DNA of 64,000 bases, from assembly GCF_009914755.1 (NCBI RefSeq), contig NC_060926.1, one strand, 5' to 3'. The position numbers were made by a program, and so were the translations under genes. A model generated the notes under the pieces. It ran no database searches and was not told where the DNA came from. It saw only the letters and a program-made list of their open reading frames with translations. Shown piece after piece: positions 29,951 to 44,855 of the stretch (position 1 is its first letter; each line of letters opens with the position of its first letter). The DNA is from the human T2T-CHM13v2.0 reference genome, Homo sapiens.

Positions 29951-30351
29951 TCCTCTAAGAGTGAATTGGTGGAGAGAGGATTCCTAGTCTAATAAAGGAC
30001 TCTTAATATTGAAAAAAAAAAAAAGGAAAATTGGGTTCTACTCAATATTTTGCCTTTTTTCTGACCCACTGACTTAACTATTAACTGGAGTCTGGCTCTT
30101 TCTCTTTGTGAAGATCAGCAGTTTCTTAGGAAAATCCTTGCCCACTTTCCTAAGAACAATGAACCCTTCTTTGAATATGGGAGTATGTGTGGGCAGCATA
30201 AATTTTGCTTTCAGAGGCCAAGAAGTGGTTCTGAAGAGTAATTAATTAATTTATTTATTTAAATGAACTTCAAAGCAAAAAGATGAAATATGATGCATTC
30301 TGTTTCTTTGCTCAGATCATATCCTGTAGTATTGTCCAGTATAGCTCATTA

Positions 30352-30398
30352 AAGACAATATAAAGATCCAATATAGAAGACAATATAAGGATCCAATA
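30352..30398. repeat. 25-bp-period tandem duplication
   Basis: aagacaatataa(a/g)gatccaata x2. Confidence 0.85.
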
Positions 30399-30472
30399 AT
30401 AAGATGCCAATTATATGGTGATGACCAAAATCTGACTCTCTCCTTATAAATTTCTCTGAGGAAAACTAAAAC

Positions 30473-30815
30473 TACATAGCCTCTCCTTATCTACGATGCA
30501 TATGTGCCAAGACCCCCAGTGGATGCTAAATCCTCCAATAGTACTGAACTCTATATACGCATGTCTTCTCTGTACATACATACTTACAAAAAAGTTTAAT
30601 TTATAAACTAGCCACAGTAAGAGCTTAACAATAACTAATTACAAAATAGAACAATTACCATAGTATACTGTAATAAAAGTCATGTGAATGTGGTCTCTTT
30701 CTCTCTTGCTCTCTTTCTCTCTCCCTCTCAAGATGTCTTAAGGTTTTTGGACTGCAGTTAACCAAAGGTAACTAAAACCTCAGAAAGCAAAATCAAGAAT
30801 AAGAGAAGACTGCAA
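30473..30815 (-). mobile_element. MER44A-like TcMar-Tigger non-autonomous DNA transposon
   Basis: ccttatc..ccaagacccccagtggatgc ... aaagtttaatttataaa..cacagtaagag ... tgtgaatgtggtctct, with degenerate TIRs at both ends. Confidence 0.8.
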
Positions 30816-31000
30816 TTCCTTGTAAATTAAAATCCAAGGATAAGAGATTATGTTAAAAATAAAATTATTTTACTATGTTAAGTTAAAAGTACACATTACT
30901 AAATCATATTTATTTTAAAATAAAATTCAAAGAAGTTGAAGTTGTCCATAATTTCTTAGTATGCTTAGTTTCAGCCAGAATAATGCCTGGGTGGAATTGA

Positions 31001-31296
<296 letters not shown>

Positions 31297-32608
31297 GGAA
31301 TTGGGTTTGTTTTAATTAATGTGACCTAAATTCACTAATAAGAATCCCATAGTGTTTTTTTTTTTCTTAGAGGCTCAAAATTTTAATTACTCCTTGTCAG
31401 TTTTGAGAATCTCCACGCTACAATGGTACAAAGAGTTAAAAGAACATGTATAATTATGAGAATAAGTTTATTTTTAAAATGCCACTTCTCAGCCTACAAT
31501 TTACTTTTGCAAGGCAAAATTATTTTTCCAAAACATAGTACCTTTCTTTGTCAAAGCCCACACCAAAGTCTCAAAAGTCCTTTTTTAGACAATGTCAATA
31601 TAACAGATTTCATCCTCAATGGAATGCCCAATAACCATCTGAACAGATGCTTCTGTTGATGTTCCCGAACTTTGTCACCCTAAGAGCCAACTGCAGATGA
31701 ATATTTTCCCATATGCTCTCTAACCCGTTGCTGTTTTGAGCGTTCTAGTTTTTCATTTTATTTTTTCCTGGAACTCATTTCTTAAATTAGGTTCTGCCCC
31801 CTCTCTTTTTCATGTGGACTAGGATTATACGCTGGAATCACATGTTTAACTTTTGGTTTCCTTGCCTTTGCTTTTTGGCTGAGGCCATTTATTGTGTTTG
31901 TTTTTCTAATAGATACCTCTAGGCTTGGTCTGGTTGGTTTTCCGTCATGAAAGATATGAAATCTTACAATCCTGCTCACATTCAATTCTTTAAGATAAGT
32001 AATCCAGCCTGGAACGTATTCTGCTGTTAATAGCATCTAATCTAGGTCTAAACTTCATGCACCATTTTCCTTCTCAGCTCCCCCTTATAAGCTTTATCTC
32101 TACTGTTCCTTTGTCAACACTTCAACTTCCCTTTATTTCTGAGTCGTGTTTCCTCAGACACAGTACTTCTATGCTTACTCAAATAACTGTGACTTTTTAA
32201 AATTCCACCAAGTACTATATTAAATTTTTATGCTGGTCATCCTGAGTTTTCCTTTAAATTCCATCCAGAGTTTCTGCTATCACTTGGTATAACTGCAAAT
32301 CCTCAAGAAATAGTTTCCTAACTGCCGTGATTATGGATTTTTTTCCCCTTACATCAATTGACCATTTTAAAAATGAACTTAATTGAGTTACAAATTACCT
32401 ATACAGATATTTATAAAATACATTTAATGAACTGTAAAACATAGAATGTACAGATGTTTTAGCAAAAGTATATTCTCATATACTATGTAACCACCACATC
32501 AATCAATATATAGAATATTTTTATTGTCTTAGAACGTTCCTTCAAGTTTCTTACCACAGGGAAATCACTTATCTGATATTTATTATCATAGATTATTTTG
32601 CTTATTCT

Positions 32609-33390
32609 TTTTTTATTATTATACTTTGAGTTTTAGGTTACATGTGCACAACGTGCAGGTTTGTTACATATGTATACATGTGCCATGTTGGTGTGCTGCA
32701 CCCATTAACTCATCATTTAGCATTAGGTATACCTAATGTTATCCTCCCCCCTCCCCCCACCCCACAACAGTCCCTGGTGTGTGATGTTCCCCTTCCTGTG
32801 TCCAAGTGTTCTCATTGTTCAATTCCCACCTATGAGTGGACAACATGCGGTGTTTGGTTTTTTGTCCTTGGGATAGTTTGCTGAGAATGATGGTTTCCAG
32901 CTTCATCCATGTCCCTACAAAGGACATGAACTCATCCTTTTTATGGCTGCATAGTATTCCATGGTGTATATGTGCCACATTTTCTTAATCCACTCTATCA
33001 TTGATGGACATTTGGGTTGGTTCCAAGTCTTTGCTATTATGAATAGTGCCACAATAAACATACGTGTGCATGTGTCTTTATAGCAGCATGATTTATAATC
33101 CTTTGGGTATATACCCAGTAATGGGATGTCTGGGTCAAATGGTATTTCAGTTCTAGGTTCTTAAGGAATCGCCACACTGTCTTCCACAATGGTTGAACTA
33201 GTTTACAGTCCCACCAACAGTATAAAAGTGTTCCTATTTCTCCACATCCTCTCCAGCACCTGTTGTTTCCTGACTTTTTGATGATCGCCATTCTAACTGG
33301 TGTGAGATGGTATCTCATTGTGGTTTTGATTTGCATTTCTGTGATGGCCAGTGATGATGAGCACTTCTTCATGTGTTTTTTGGCTGCATA
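32609..33390 (-). mobile_element. 5'-truncated L1PA4/5
   Basis: Antisense 3'UTR plus ORF2 C-terminus ([36 protein letters not shown]). Short TSD tattct. Confidence 0.92.
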
Positions 33391-33624
33391 TTCTAAAACT
33401 TCATTCAAACCAAACAATACAATAGGTCCTTTTTTGGGTTTGGAATAATTCCCTCAACGTAATATCTAGACATTAATCCATGCTTTTGAGTGTACCTGTA
33501 ATTTATTTATTACTATTGTTTGTTAATATAGTATTTCATTATAAACGTTATTTAAAAAATAACCTGCTTGTTGATGGATGTTTGAACTGTTTCCATTATT
33601 TGGCTATTATGAATAAAAACTTCC

Positions 33625-34350
33625 TGTATTAGTCTGTTTTCATGCTGCTAATAAAGACACACCTGAGTCTGGGTAATTTATGTATATTTTATTTTATTTT
33701 ACTATCATTAATTTTTTTTGAGATGGAGTCTCACTTTGTCACCCAGGCTGGACTGCAGTGGCATGATCTTAGCTCACTGTAACCTCTGCCTCCTGGGTTC
33801 AAGCAATTATCTTCCCTCAGCCTCGTGAGTATCTGGGATTACAGGCATGTGCCACCACACCCAGCTAATTTTTGTATTTTTAGTAGAGATGGGGTTTCAC
33901 CATGTTGGCCATGCTGGTCTTGAACTCCTGACCTCAAGTGATCCAATCACTGCAGCCTCCCAAAGTGTTGGGATTACAGGTGTGAGCCACCGTGCCTGAC
34001 CTGGGACTGAGTAACATATAAAGGAAAGAGGTTTAATTGACTCACCATTCATCATGGCTGGGGAGGCCTCAGAAAACTTACAATTGTGGCAGAAGACGAA
34101 GCAAACACATTCTTCTTCACATGTTGGCAGGAAGGAGAAGAATGAGAAAAGTGCAGAGTGAAGGGGAAAAAGCTCCTCACAAAACAATCAGACCCTCTGA
34201 GAACTCACTCACTATCATGAGAACAGCATGAGAGAATCACTTTTATGATTCAATTACCTCCCACAAGTTCCCTTCCCCAACATGTGAGGTTTACAATTCA
34301 GATTACAATTCAAGATGAAATTTGTGTGGGGACACAGAGCCAGAATATCA
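33625..34350 (-). mobile_element. THE1D-like solo LTR interrupted by an Alu
   Basis: tgtattagtctgttttcatgctgc ... ggggacacagagccagaatatca. Perfect TSD CTTCC at 33620-33624 and 34351-34355. Confidence 0.9.
33681..34001 (-). mobile_element. AluSx/Sz
   Basis: Antisense dimer (gaactcctgacctcaagtgatcc) with a decayed T-tail. Confidence 0.9.
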
Positions 34351-34981
34351 CTTCCTATGAACAATTTTTTTAATTTCTGCATTTATATTTTTATTAATCT
34401 TTGATAAATATCTAAAAGCAGGATTACTGGATCTTTGGACAGAAGCATATTTAATTATATAATAAACTATTTTAAAAATCTATTTTACAAAGTAGTTTTA
34501 TCATATTATATTCAAGTAATTAATAAGCTTTCTACTTGCTTTCTACTTGAATAATACTTAGTGTTATTCATATTTTAGGTTGTGGTCATTCTTGCAAATA
34601 TGTAACAGTTTTAATTTGCATTTCCCTGATTGCTATTTATGTGCTTACTGGTCTACATATTATTGATTGTATTTTTTTCCTTTGTGATTGTACATATTCA
34701 AGCATTTTCCCATTTATAGAATTATTGTTATCTTAATAATTGTACTCTTTGTTTATATATACTGTATTCAAATCTTTTGTCAGGTATGTGTGTTAGAAAT
34801 ATTTTCTCCTAATTTGTGGCTTGGCTCTTCAGTTTATTAATGGTATTAATCTAAGAGAAGACAGTTTTTATTTGATGAAATACAACTTGTCATTTTTATG
34901 ATTTATTATATTTGTGCCCTAATAAACATTTGTCTATCTCACGGTTGTGAAATATTCTGTGTTTTCTTCTAGAAGTTATTA

Positions 34982-35045
34982 TATATTGGTGCAAAACTAA
35001 TTGCTTTTAATGGCAAAAGCTACAATTACTTTTGCACCAATCTGA
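34982..35045. mobile_element. MADE1 (Hsmar1 MITE), internally deleted
   Basis: Palindromic ttggtgcaaaactaattg ... caattacttttgcaccaa. Confidence 0.85.
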
Positions 35046-35263
35046 TATCTCATACTCTTGTTTTTTCTTTGTCTATTCAGTTTTCCTGAAGACTTGAATC
35101 TTTCATGAAGTGCTTGCAGATTCTCTCTTCCTCTCTCTCTCTTCCCTTGTCCAGTTATAGTAATGCCTACATTAAATATATCTTAGATCAAGTTCCCTCA
35201 ACTTCTGAAATAGATTTCTGTACACTGAGAGTTTTACTGGGAAGTGCTGTTAGGCATAATGCT

Positions 35264-35665
35264 TGTATTAGTCCACTCTATCAGTATCAATTTATTGTAT
35301 TAGTCTGTTTTCATGCTGCTAATAAAGACATACTCAAGACTGGGTAATTTATAAAGGAAAGAGGTTTAATGGAATCACAGTTCCACATGGCTGGGGAGGC
35401 CTCACAATCATGGTGGAAGGCAAGGAGGAGCAACTTAGATTTTACATGAATGGCGGCAGGCAAGGAGAGACAGTTTGTGCAGAGGAACTCCTTTTTATAA
35501 GACCATCAGATATCATGAGGCTTATTCACTACCACGACAACCATATGGGGGAAACCACCCCCATGATTCAATTATCTCCCACTGGGTCCTTCCCACAACA
35601 CATGGGAATTATGGGAGCTACAATTCAAGATCAGATTTGAGTGGGAACACAGCCAAACCATATCA
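35264..35665 (-). mobile_element. THE1B/C element: complete LTR, ~22 bp internal sequence and 11 bp of the second LTR
   Basis: LTR at 35296-35665. Second LTR terminus tgtattagtcc at 35264-35274. TSD ATGCT at 35259-35263 and 35666-35670. Confidence 0.88.
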
Positions 35666-35844
35666 ATGCTTTTGAATAATTAAGGAATCTGGAGCTGGAT
35701 GACCTTTCATAATTATCTCAAATTCCAAAAGAACTTGGCCTTTAAACACCAATATTCACCAGTAATATAAATAAAAGCTGCCCCCTAGAAAGAAACCTTG
35801 GCAGAACTGATCAAGAGCAATTTCCAGGGCGGAATTCGACTTTG

Positions 35845-35895
35845 AGCCTGAGCATGCCAGATTTGACCCATTGGCCTTAGTTTGCTGACCCCTGC
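35845..35895 (+). mobile_element. MER58-like hAT terminus
   Basis: gccagatttgacccattggccttagtttgctgacccctg. Confidence 0.6.
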
Positions 35896-35899
35896 TGTA

Positions 35900-36215
35900 G
35901 GGTATTCCAGGTGTAAGATCATATTATTTGCAATTGTGATTACTTTGTTTACCATTCTGATGCCTCTCTTATGTTGCATTATGGCGTTGGCAACATACAT
36001 AATCATGTTAAAATATATCCCTCAATTTAGATTTTCTTGAGTGTTTTTTATCAGAAATGGCTCTTAGGTTTTGTGAGATATTTTTTCCCCTGCAGCATGG
36101 AGATAATGAAAATATTTTATTACTTAAATCTATTAATGTGGTACATTGATATTAATGAATTTCTTAGAATTGAACTAATCTTGCATTTTGGAATAAATCC
36201 TGTTTGGTCATTGTG
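35900..36215 (-). mobile_element. Degenerate L1M ORF2 fragment
   Basis: gagtgtttttatcagaaatgg..; ttgaactaatcttgcattttggaataaatcc..tttggtcat. Confidence 0.55.
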
Positions 36216-37639
36216 AAGTTGTTTTCAGCAAAATGATTTTTAAGAAGTTGGTAAATAATTTCAAGAAGAAGGATGTTTTTAGCGAATTTTCATAGAATAA
36301 AACAAATACAAACAAGACTAAGCAAACACAAAAATGAAACAGCAATAATAATGCAGATAGAAGGATACTAATGTTTACTAAGGATTGTTTATGGTTTTAA
36401 ACTAATTTATTGTTTTGAGGTAGATCAAGTAGTTTTATGATAATTTTGTAAGTAAATTTGTGCTACATGTCTTGGAAAATATTTCCTCACCCTGCCTCTA
36501 CCAACTATAGACAGAAAGTTGAGTATTTTGTACAGCAAAATTTAAATGTTAACTTATTTAGAAGCAGATAAAGTTTAGTAAAATAAATTGTATTTTATAT
36601 CTTTCAGTGTGTCTTAACATTCATAATTACTTTTGCTACATATGTGACTTTGAAGTAGGAAGAGAAGTTTTTTAATTCTCTATTTAGTAAAATGGTGAAC
36701 ACGAGAAAACCAAACTATGCTGACCTGAAATCAAACATTTAAGCTTGACTTTCTTCTCTTTTCTCTGTGACTTATTTTGTTGGGTATATTATGATGAAAT
36801 TGAAGCAATATATTATGGCAATATTTTATATTTTCTTGCTTTCTAGTATTTGAGATGAAGATATTTTGGTGATTTTGATAATGCCATCTCATTTACCTGG
36901 CCATAATGCTGACATTGGGAAAATTTATGTGAAGAGAACATTATATAATACATTGCTTTGATTTACAGATAAATTTGATTTTTTTAATTTATAAAATTTC
37001 AGCATGAATTTCAGTTTGGTTGTGCCTAAAATGCATAAATTTGCAATATTTTTCTTCTTGCTTTGGGGATGGTCTTTCTTTTATGGAATAAACCATGAAA
37101 TGTTTTAGGTTAGCATAATAGATGTGATAGCCATATGTGTAGAAGATCAAAAAGTTTAGGGATAGATGAAGAGGGAGGTTAAAAAAAGAGGCAAAAAAGA
37201 AGAAAAAAAGAAGGAAGAAAAAATAATGAAATAAAAGAAGCAAGTAGGGAAATAAAGTTACATATGTAATATTTTGCAGCCTAATTTCATTATGTTAGGG
37301 CAGATAATACATCTTTATCTTTTAATTCTGTGGTATCCAGAATCATGCTTTGTTACGTCGTTATAAGCCCATAAATTTGTACGAAGTGAAGAAAGAGGAT
37401 AGGCAGGCATAAGGGCTTACTGACTGGTAGGTTTCTTTTATGTTAAACTTATATACATTTCTACTATATTGTACTTTTGAATATGCTGTGTAACTGCTTC
37501 TAATATCATTTATTTATATTAACATAAATATTACAATATCCTCATATTACAAAATATGAGGATTCTGGTTAAGAATTTATAGTTTACCATCTCCACTATG
37601 TTAAGATAATATGCATGGGAAATGACCTTTGAAAAAGCT

Positions 37640-38980
<1,341 letters not shown>

Positions 38981-39554
38981 CATAGTAATTTGTAATCTTT
39001 TTTTTGTTTTGTTTTGAGCATGTACCTTAAGGAATCTAGATAGTTTACATGGGTAAACTATAAGTGTAACACTAATGTAGCATAGTATTTCTATGCTTAT
39101 AATTGTCATATATTTACCTTGTAAAGAAGTTTATATAATTTCTTGAAGTATAATTAGATCTATTAGTCATTTTTGGATCTTGCAGTTTTTTTATTGCTGT
39201 TTTTCATGCAGAAGCTGATAAGGACAATATAAAAATAAACTATTAAAAATGTTAAAATGAGTTATCCTTTGTTTATTATTGCAATATTTAGATTGCTTTA
39301 GGCTATCTTTTTCTCTTTGGCAGTAAATCTAATACTCAGTACATAGAACTCTACTGGCTTCACAAATATCAAAATCTAATTGAAAAATGGACAGCATGAT
39401 AAACCTGATTTTCCTTTATGCAATGGGGAGAATAAAATTAACAAAGAGAAGCATTTTCACAGACTTGGGATAAATATTTCCTCTAAATTCCTTAAGCATT
39501 TAAAGATACATCTCACATCTATTGTTCTCTAAATTAACATATATTATGGGTAAT

Positions 39555-40165
39555 TTTTAAAACAGCTCTATTGAGGCATAATTTAAACCAATAAACTGCA
39601 TATGTCTAAAGTGTACAATTGAATATGTTTTGATGTGTGTATGAAATCATCACCACAATCAAGATAATGAACACATTCATCATACTAAAAGTATCTTTCC
39701 TCTTAATCCTTGCCTGTTCATCTTCATCTCTAAGTAACCACTTATCTTTCTGTCACTACAGATTCATCTACATTATCTAGGATTTTATAAAAATAGAATA
39801 ATACAGCATATTTATTTTGGGTTGGCTTTTTCGTTCAGCATAATTAGTTTCCATAGAACTATAGAATCTATAGTTCATTTTGTTGTCAAGTAGTATTTCA
39901 TTATATGGATACACCAAATTTGTTTTTCCATTTATATTTTCCATTCTGTTGATGAGTATTTGTTTTGTTTCCAATGTTTGTCTATTGCAAATAAGTTGGT
40001 GTAAACATTCCTTATGCCTTCACTTGGACATATATTTCTTACTCTCTTAAATAAACACATATAAATGAAATGGCTGGATTATAGGATAGACATACATTTA
40101 ACTTTTAAAAAACTGCCCAACTGTTTTATAAAATGGTTGTACCATTTTCATTCTTAACAGTAGTT
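39555..40165 (-). mobile_element. Old L1MC/L1ME 3' end
   Basis: acagctctattgaggcataattt..taaagtgtacaatt..catcaccacaatcaagataatgaaca ... aactgcccaactgtttt..aaatggttgtaccatttt. Confidence 0.75.
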
Positions 40166-41400
40166 TTTGTTTCTTGTAAGTATGTAGGTTAGATAAAACC
40201 ATACGTAATAATAAAAATACATAGTAATGATAAAAAGTAGATGAACCAGGTTTCTGCTTACTGATTATATGCTTGAAATCAACATTTCTCAAAGGACATT
40301 TTTGAGTTCTCATTGTAAGTTAACTGCACAGTTTTCTAGCAGTAGCATAACAGCTTCAAGTAGTCAAATTAGCTTCTTAAAACTCTGTACTAAATTTATA
40401 GAAAATCTAGGCTATGGGTGGTTGGAGCTAATTGTATTATATTTTCAGCTATTTGTCAATTATACTATGAGAAGGGCCAACTATCTTGATTTCTGTGATT
40501 TATAAAAGTACTTCTGGGCTTGAAGATCACTTTTATATCCGATACTTCTTATATGACTGCATTACCACGCAATTTTCTGTTTCAGTCAAATTATCTGACA
40601 TAGCAATTACTGGATATTATCTAATAAGGAAAAAGTCTATATACAGTTTTTTCTCTTTTTGTCAATTACCTTCAGGTAAGTATAAGAGATAAATAATATG
40701 TATGAACAGTTTCTAAGAAATTTGACCTAATTCCTTCATAAATGAGCTCACCAAATTAATAAAAACTTAGATTATCTATTTCATATAATGCCATGTTTGA
40801 TTGTGTGAATGTATTCATAGTGAGAGAAGCTCTGATTATCTTCCCAACATCTATATATTATTATACATTTTATGGTTTAATCTGAACATTAAAAAATATA
40901 TAAGCAGTGATTCAATTTTCAACAGGATTGTGAAACTGCACTTAGCATTGAGAAGGTTAAACTCCATTTTCACATAGCTATAATAGCACCTGGAATATTA
41001 TTCTAATGATGAGTACAACACAGCTCATATTATTAATGGGATAAAACTTAAAAAGTCACACTAACAATTTAGATGTAAAACTCCTAGCATTTAAATTGAA
41101 ATTACATCTTTCCTACGTGTTGCATAAGTCCTTGCAACACACCATCTGTTTTTGTGTTGTGTTTGTTTTTAGTCTTTTAATGAATAGTCAGTAACTTGAC
41201 GAAATAAGGAGAGTGGTCTGATAAATTTTTTGTAATTTTCTTGAATCAAGGGTGTCTTATTTTGCTGTTGAGTAAATATTTTCCTAAGCAACTGTAATAA
41301 AAATCAAAACATAAATATAAATGAAAAATCATAAAATTTAAAGGGAACTTCCAAAAGGCCATGAAAAAATGAACTTAAAATATAAAAATAAAGAGAAACT

Positions 41401-42460
41401 TTATTTCTCAACATAAGATCCATTAAGTTCAAGACGTTCTTGTAAGCAATGGTAACAGCTATTTAGTTCATCCTTAAAGAACAGAGGGTCCTGGAAATTT
41501 AACCTTGTCTATGCAGTCTTTTTTAGACTATTAATTGAGGAAAAATTGATGGCTTTCAAAGATCCATTTCAGATTAGGAAACAAAATAGTAAAAAAAAAA
41601 AAAAAATCAAATCAGGACTTTAAAGTGAATACCTAAGACTTCCCATTGAAACTCTCATTAAATTGTCCTTGTTTGAAAAGAGGAATAAGCAGGAACATTG
41701 TCTTTGTGAAGAAGGATTCTCTGTTGAGGCTTTCCTGGGCATTTTTCTGCTCAAGCTTTGGCGAACTTTTTCAAAACACTGTCAACTTAAACAGATATTT
41801 TCATTCTTTGGTTCCCCAGAAACTCAGTAAGAAAAATGCCTTGAGCATCACCAAAACCTCTTATAATGAACTCTGCTCTTGCCCAGTCTGTTTTTGCTTT
41901 GACTGAAGTTGTTTCACGTCTTGGTAGCCATTGCTTTGATTGGGCTTGTTCTTCAGGATTGTACTAGTAAAGCCACGTTTTATCTTCTGTTACGATTCTT
42001 TGAAGAAATGCTTTAGCATCTTGAACCTACTTGCCTAAAATTTCCATTGGAAGCTGTAGTCTTGTCTGCAGCTGATCTGGGTGCAATGGTTTTGGCATCC
42101 ATCAAGTGAAAATTTTGCTCAGATTTAATGTTTCAGTCAGAATTGTGCAAGTTCAATCAGTTTAGATGTCTGTGGTGTTGGTAATTGTTTCTACTGTTAG
42201 TCCTTACTATCTCAATTAGGGCAACAGCAGGATATATTTTTTTCTACATATATTCACGTGGATGATCTGCCACTGTCGGTTGCATCTTCAACATTATCTC
42301 ATCCCTTCTTAAAATGAGTTAATCATTTGTAATCTGCTGATTTCTTTAAGGAATTGTCCTTATAAAATTTTAATAAAGCATCAATGATTTCACCATTGTT
42401 TCACTCAAGCTTCAGCATAAAACAGATGTTTATTCCTTCTTCAGTTTCAGCAGAATTCAT
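41401..42460 (-). pseudogene. HSMAR2 DD34D transposase pseudogene
   Basis: ATG aattctgct at 42460 to gagaaaTAA at 41401. Decayed motifs W(M)PKP, VT(E)D(K)TWL, H(K)DN(V)P and *SPDL, with stops and frameshifts. Confidence 0.85.
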
Positions 42461-42618
42461 GTTGATCTGATAGGAGCTCTTTTCAAGCTAATGTCTTACC
42501 CTGCTTAGTGCCCCTAACTAGATCCATTTCAGACACAGTATAACAAATGAGTATGAATTTATTTTTATGCAAAGCATTTGAATCCATGCATAGTTTTTTT
42601 CTTATAATATGCATTTTC

Positions 42619-43108
42619 TTTTTTAAATTTTATTTTATTATTATACTTTAAATTCTGGGGTATATATGTAGAATGTGCAGGTTTGTTACATAGATATACA
42701 TGTGCCATGGTGGTTTGCTGCACCCATCAACCTGTCATCTACATCAGGTATTTCTCCTAATGCTATTCCTCCCCTAGCCCCCTACCCCGCAACAGGCCCC
42801 AGTGTGTGATGTTCCCCTCCCTATGTCCATGTGTTCTCATTGTTCACCTCCCACTTATGAGTGAGAACATGCAGTGTTTGGTTTTGTGTTCTTGTGTTAG
42901 TTTGCTGAGAATAATGGTGGCCAGCTTCATCCTTGTCCCTGCAAAGGACATGAACTCATCCTTTTTTATGGCTGCATAGTATTCCATGGTGTATATATGC
43001 CACATTTTCTTTATCCAGTCTATCACTGATGGGCATTTGGGTTGGTTCCAAGTCTTTGCTCTTGTGAACAGTGCCTCAATAAACATGTGTGTGCATGTGT
43101 CTTTATAG
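42619..43108 (-). mobile_element. 5'-truncated L1PA7-like
   Basis: Antisense 3'UTR (ggtggtttgctgcacccatcaacc) and ORF2 end. TSD tataatatgcattttc/tatattatgtattttc at 42603-42618 and 43109-43124. Confidence 0.9.
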
Positions 43109-44649
43109 TATATTATGTATTTTCCATGAGCCTTTCGAAGGTCACGCCTACATGTTTCCAAGTTTTTTTAGGTCTAAATTATCCATTATTTCCTGTAGGG
43201 TTTGTGGCATAAAATTATATTGGCAAAAATGTCATGAGAGTAATAAATATGTTGACATATAAGGAAGGAAGTGCAGTTTATATTTGAAGACACAAATCAT
43301 CCAGACAGACACAAGAATTTCTTTTGAAGTTTAACGTGTTCAAAATTTACACTGTGTTTTTCAACAAGTATAAAAATGCTTAAGTTATTTTTGGTGGTAA
43401 TTATACATTAGTGCCAACCAGGCTGTTTCCAATTTCCTGTTTATAAATTCTTAAATTTAAAGAGCTAGCTCAATACATCATGAAAATATTTCACTCTGAC
43501 TACTCTCAACCTTGTTTAACATTATTTTTATGGGAAAATGTCTTATTCTTCTTAGGAAAAAACATTCTGTCAGTTCCTGTCACATCTTTGTGGGCTCTCC
43601 AGTTTGATGAACTATAATCAAATAAAACACATATTATACTCTGGCCATTCCATTTTAATAGTCCTCCCTTTAAACTTTTCCCTTTCTGGGGATCATAGCA
43701 TTAGGTCTCCTGATTGATAAGTAAAATAAACATTTAAAGTATACCATCTTATAGAATGTTTTCTTTTCAAATAAGCTGTATTGTAGTATTGACCTATTCG
43801 TGTTAGTTTTTAGTCTCAATTATTTTATTAGGCATTATAGAGTTTCATCAATAAGAAATAACCATTACTATGTAATCAAAGACAATATGAAATGTGACCT
43901 CCAACCAACACTTATTTCTGTTTGTCTGGGCCATTCACAATCCCTACACTCTCACCAATCTTCTAAGCAATATCATGTTTTATTCTTGTTGAATCCCTTC
44001 ATACCACTGCACTGTAGCACAGTAGTAATTACATTAAAGGGAAGATTATTGTCAGATTATGAAAATTTTGAAATATTGAGCTATTATTCATAAATTGTAC
44101 CCCTCAAAAACCACTTTTTCTTTAAAGTTTATGCATTTTTACTAATAAAAATCCATCAATAAATAAATGCATCATTTAAAAATGCTCCTCAGAAAGAAGG
44201 ATACCACAAATGCCTACATGCATTGCAGTAATTTTTTATTTATTACAGTGATGAATAAGTCTTCCTAGTTAAAAATGAAAACTACTATGAAGGTAACAGA
44301 AATTAAAAAAAATATATACATATATAAAATAAAGATTAAATATAATCAACCCCAAACCGTTCATTGATATAAAAGTGATAAAATGTTTAAGATGTAGTGT
44401 TTAATCATCCTTTGTTTATGAAAGGCAGGATGTAAAATATAAGCCATTTTCAGAAATGAATTATCCATGAAGATGATAAACTTCAAAAACTAAATAGAAA
44501 AAAAAGTGGTAGTCTTCCATTGCCAAAGATGCTAAAGATGGAAAGAAATTTCAAAGGGTTAGGAAGCTCTTTAGAAACCTAGCACTGACTAAGAAATTAC
44601 ATGTAATATAAAATAAATGTAAAGGGCATTAAAGGAAGGACAAAAACCT

Positions 44650-44855
44650 TTTTTGAGCTTTTATTGTGTATAATGTTTATTATATATTAGTTAATCTACT
44701 GTTTTTGGCAAATATTCATATTAGCAATTATTATTTTCATGAGGACTCAAGCTTAAAAGGTTTAATTAATTGTCCTGAGCCACTCAGTAACTTTGATGTA
44801 AATATCAAAGCCAGAATAAGAAGCCAAGTTGGTCTGATTTAAAAACTATACTTTT
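44650..44855 (-). mobile_element. MIR, degenerate
   Basis: attattattttcatgaggactcaagcttaaaaggtttaattaattgtcc.. agccagaataagaagccaag..gtctga. Confidence 0.5.

Larger units (their letters stand above)
32360..34980 (-). mobile_element. Old L1ME/L1MC 3' portion, split by L1PA, THE1D and Alu insertions
   Basis: Antisense L1M motifs: tgtaaccaccacatcaatcaatatatagaatattt; ttgatggatgtttgaactgtttcc..tttggctattatgaataa; ttttaatttgcatttccctgat; aatattttctcc..tgtggcttg. Confidence 0.7.
41340..43148 (-). mobile_element. Full-length HSMAR2 mariner DNA transposon (split by L1PA7)
   Basis: Both TIRs present (aagggaacttccaaaaggccatgaaaaa at 41341; ttttccatgagcctttcgaaggtc.. at 43120-43148 followed by TA). 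The internal transposase matches the recalled HSMAR2 consensus throughout. Confidence 0.9.

Noticed and set aside
33110-33140. Third L1PA also carries the cccagAcatccc variant, suggesting three-way conversion
   Set aside because: Only one site is shared, and this copy lacks the neighbouring variants of the other two. It may be a subfamily variant or a recurrent change.
40640-40690. Splice-like signals (polypyrimidine..cag/gtaagt; similar AG acceptors at ~1125 and ~18420)
   Set aside because: No paired exon with a credible reading frame. Such motifs arise by chance in AT-rich DNA and would need RNA-seq support.
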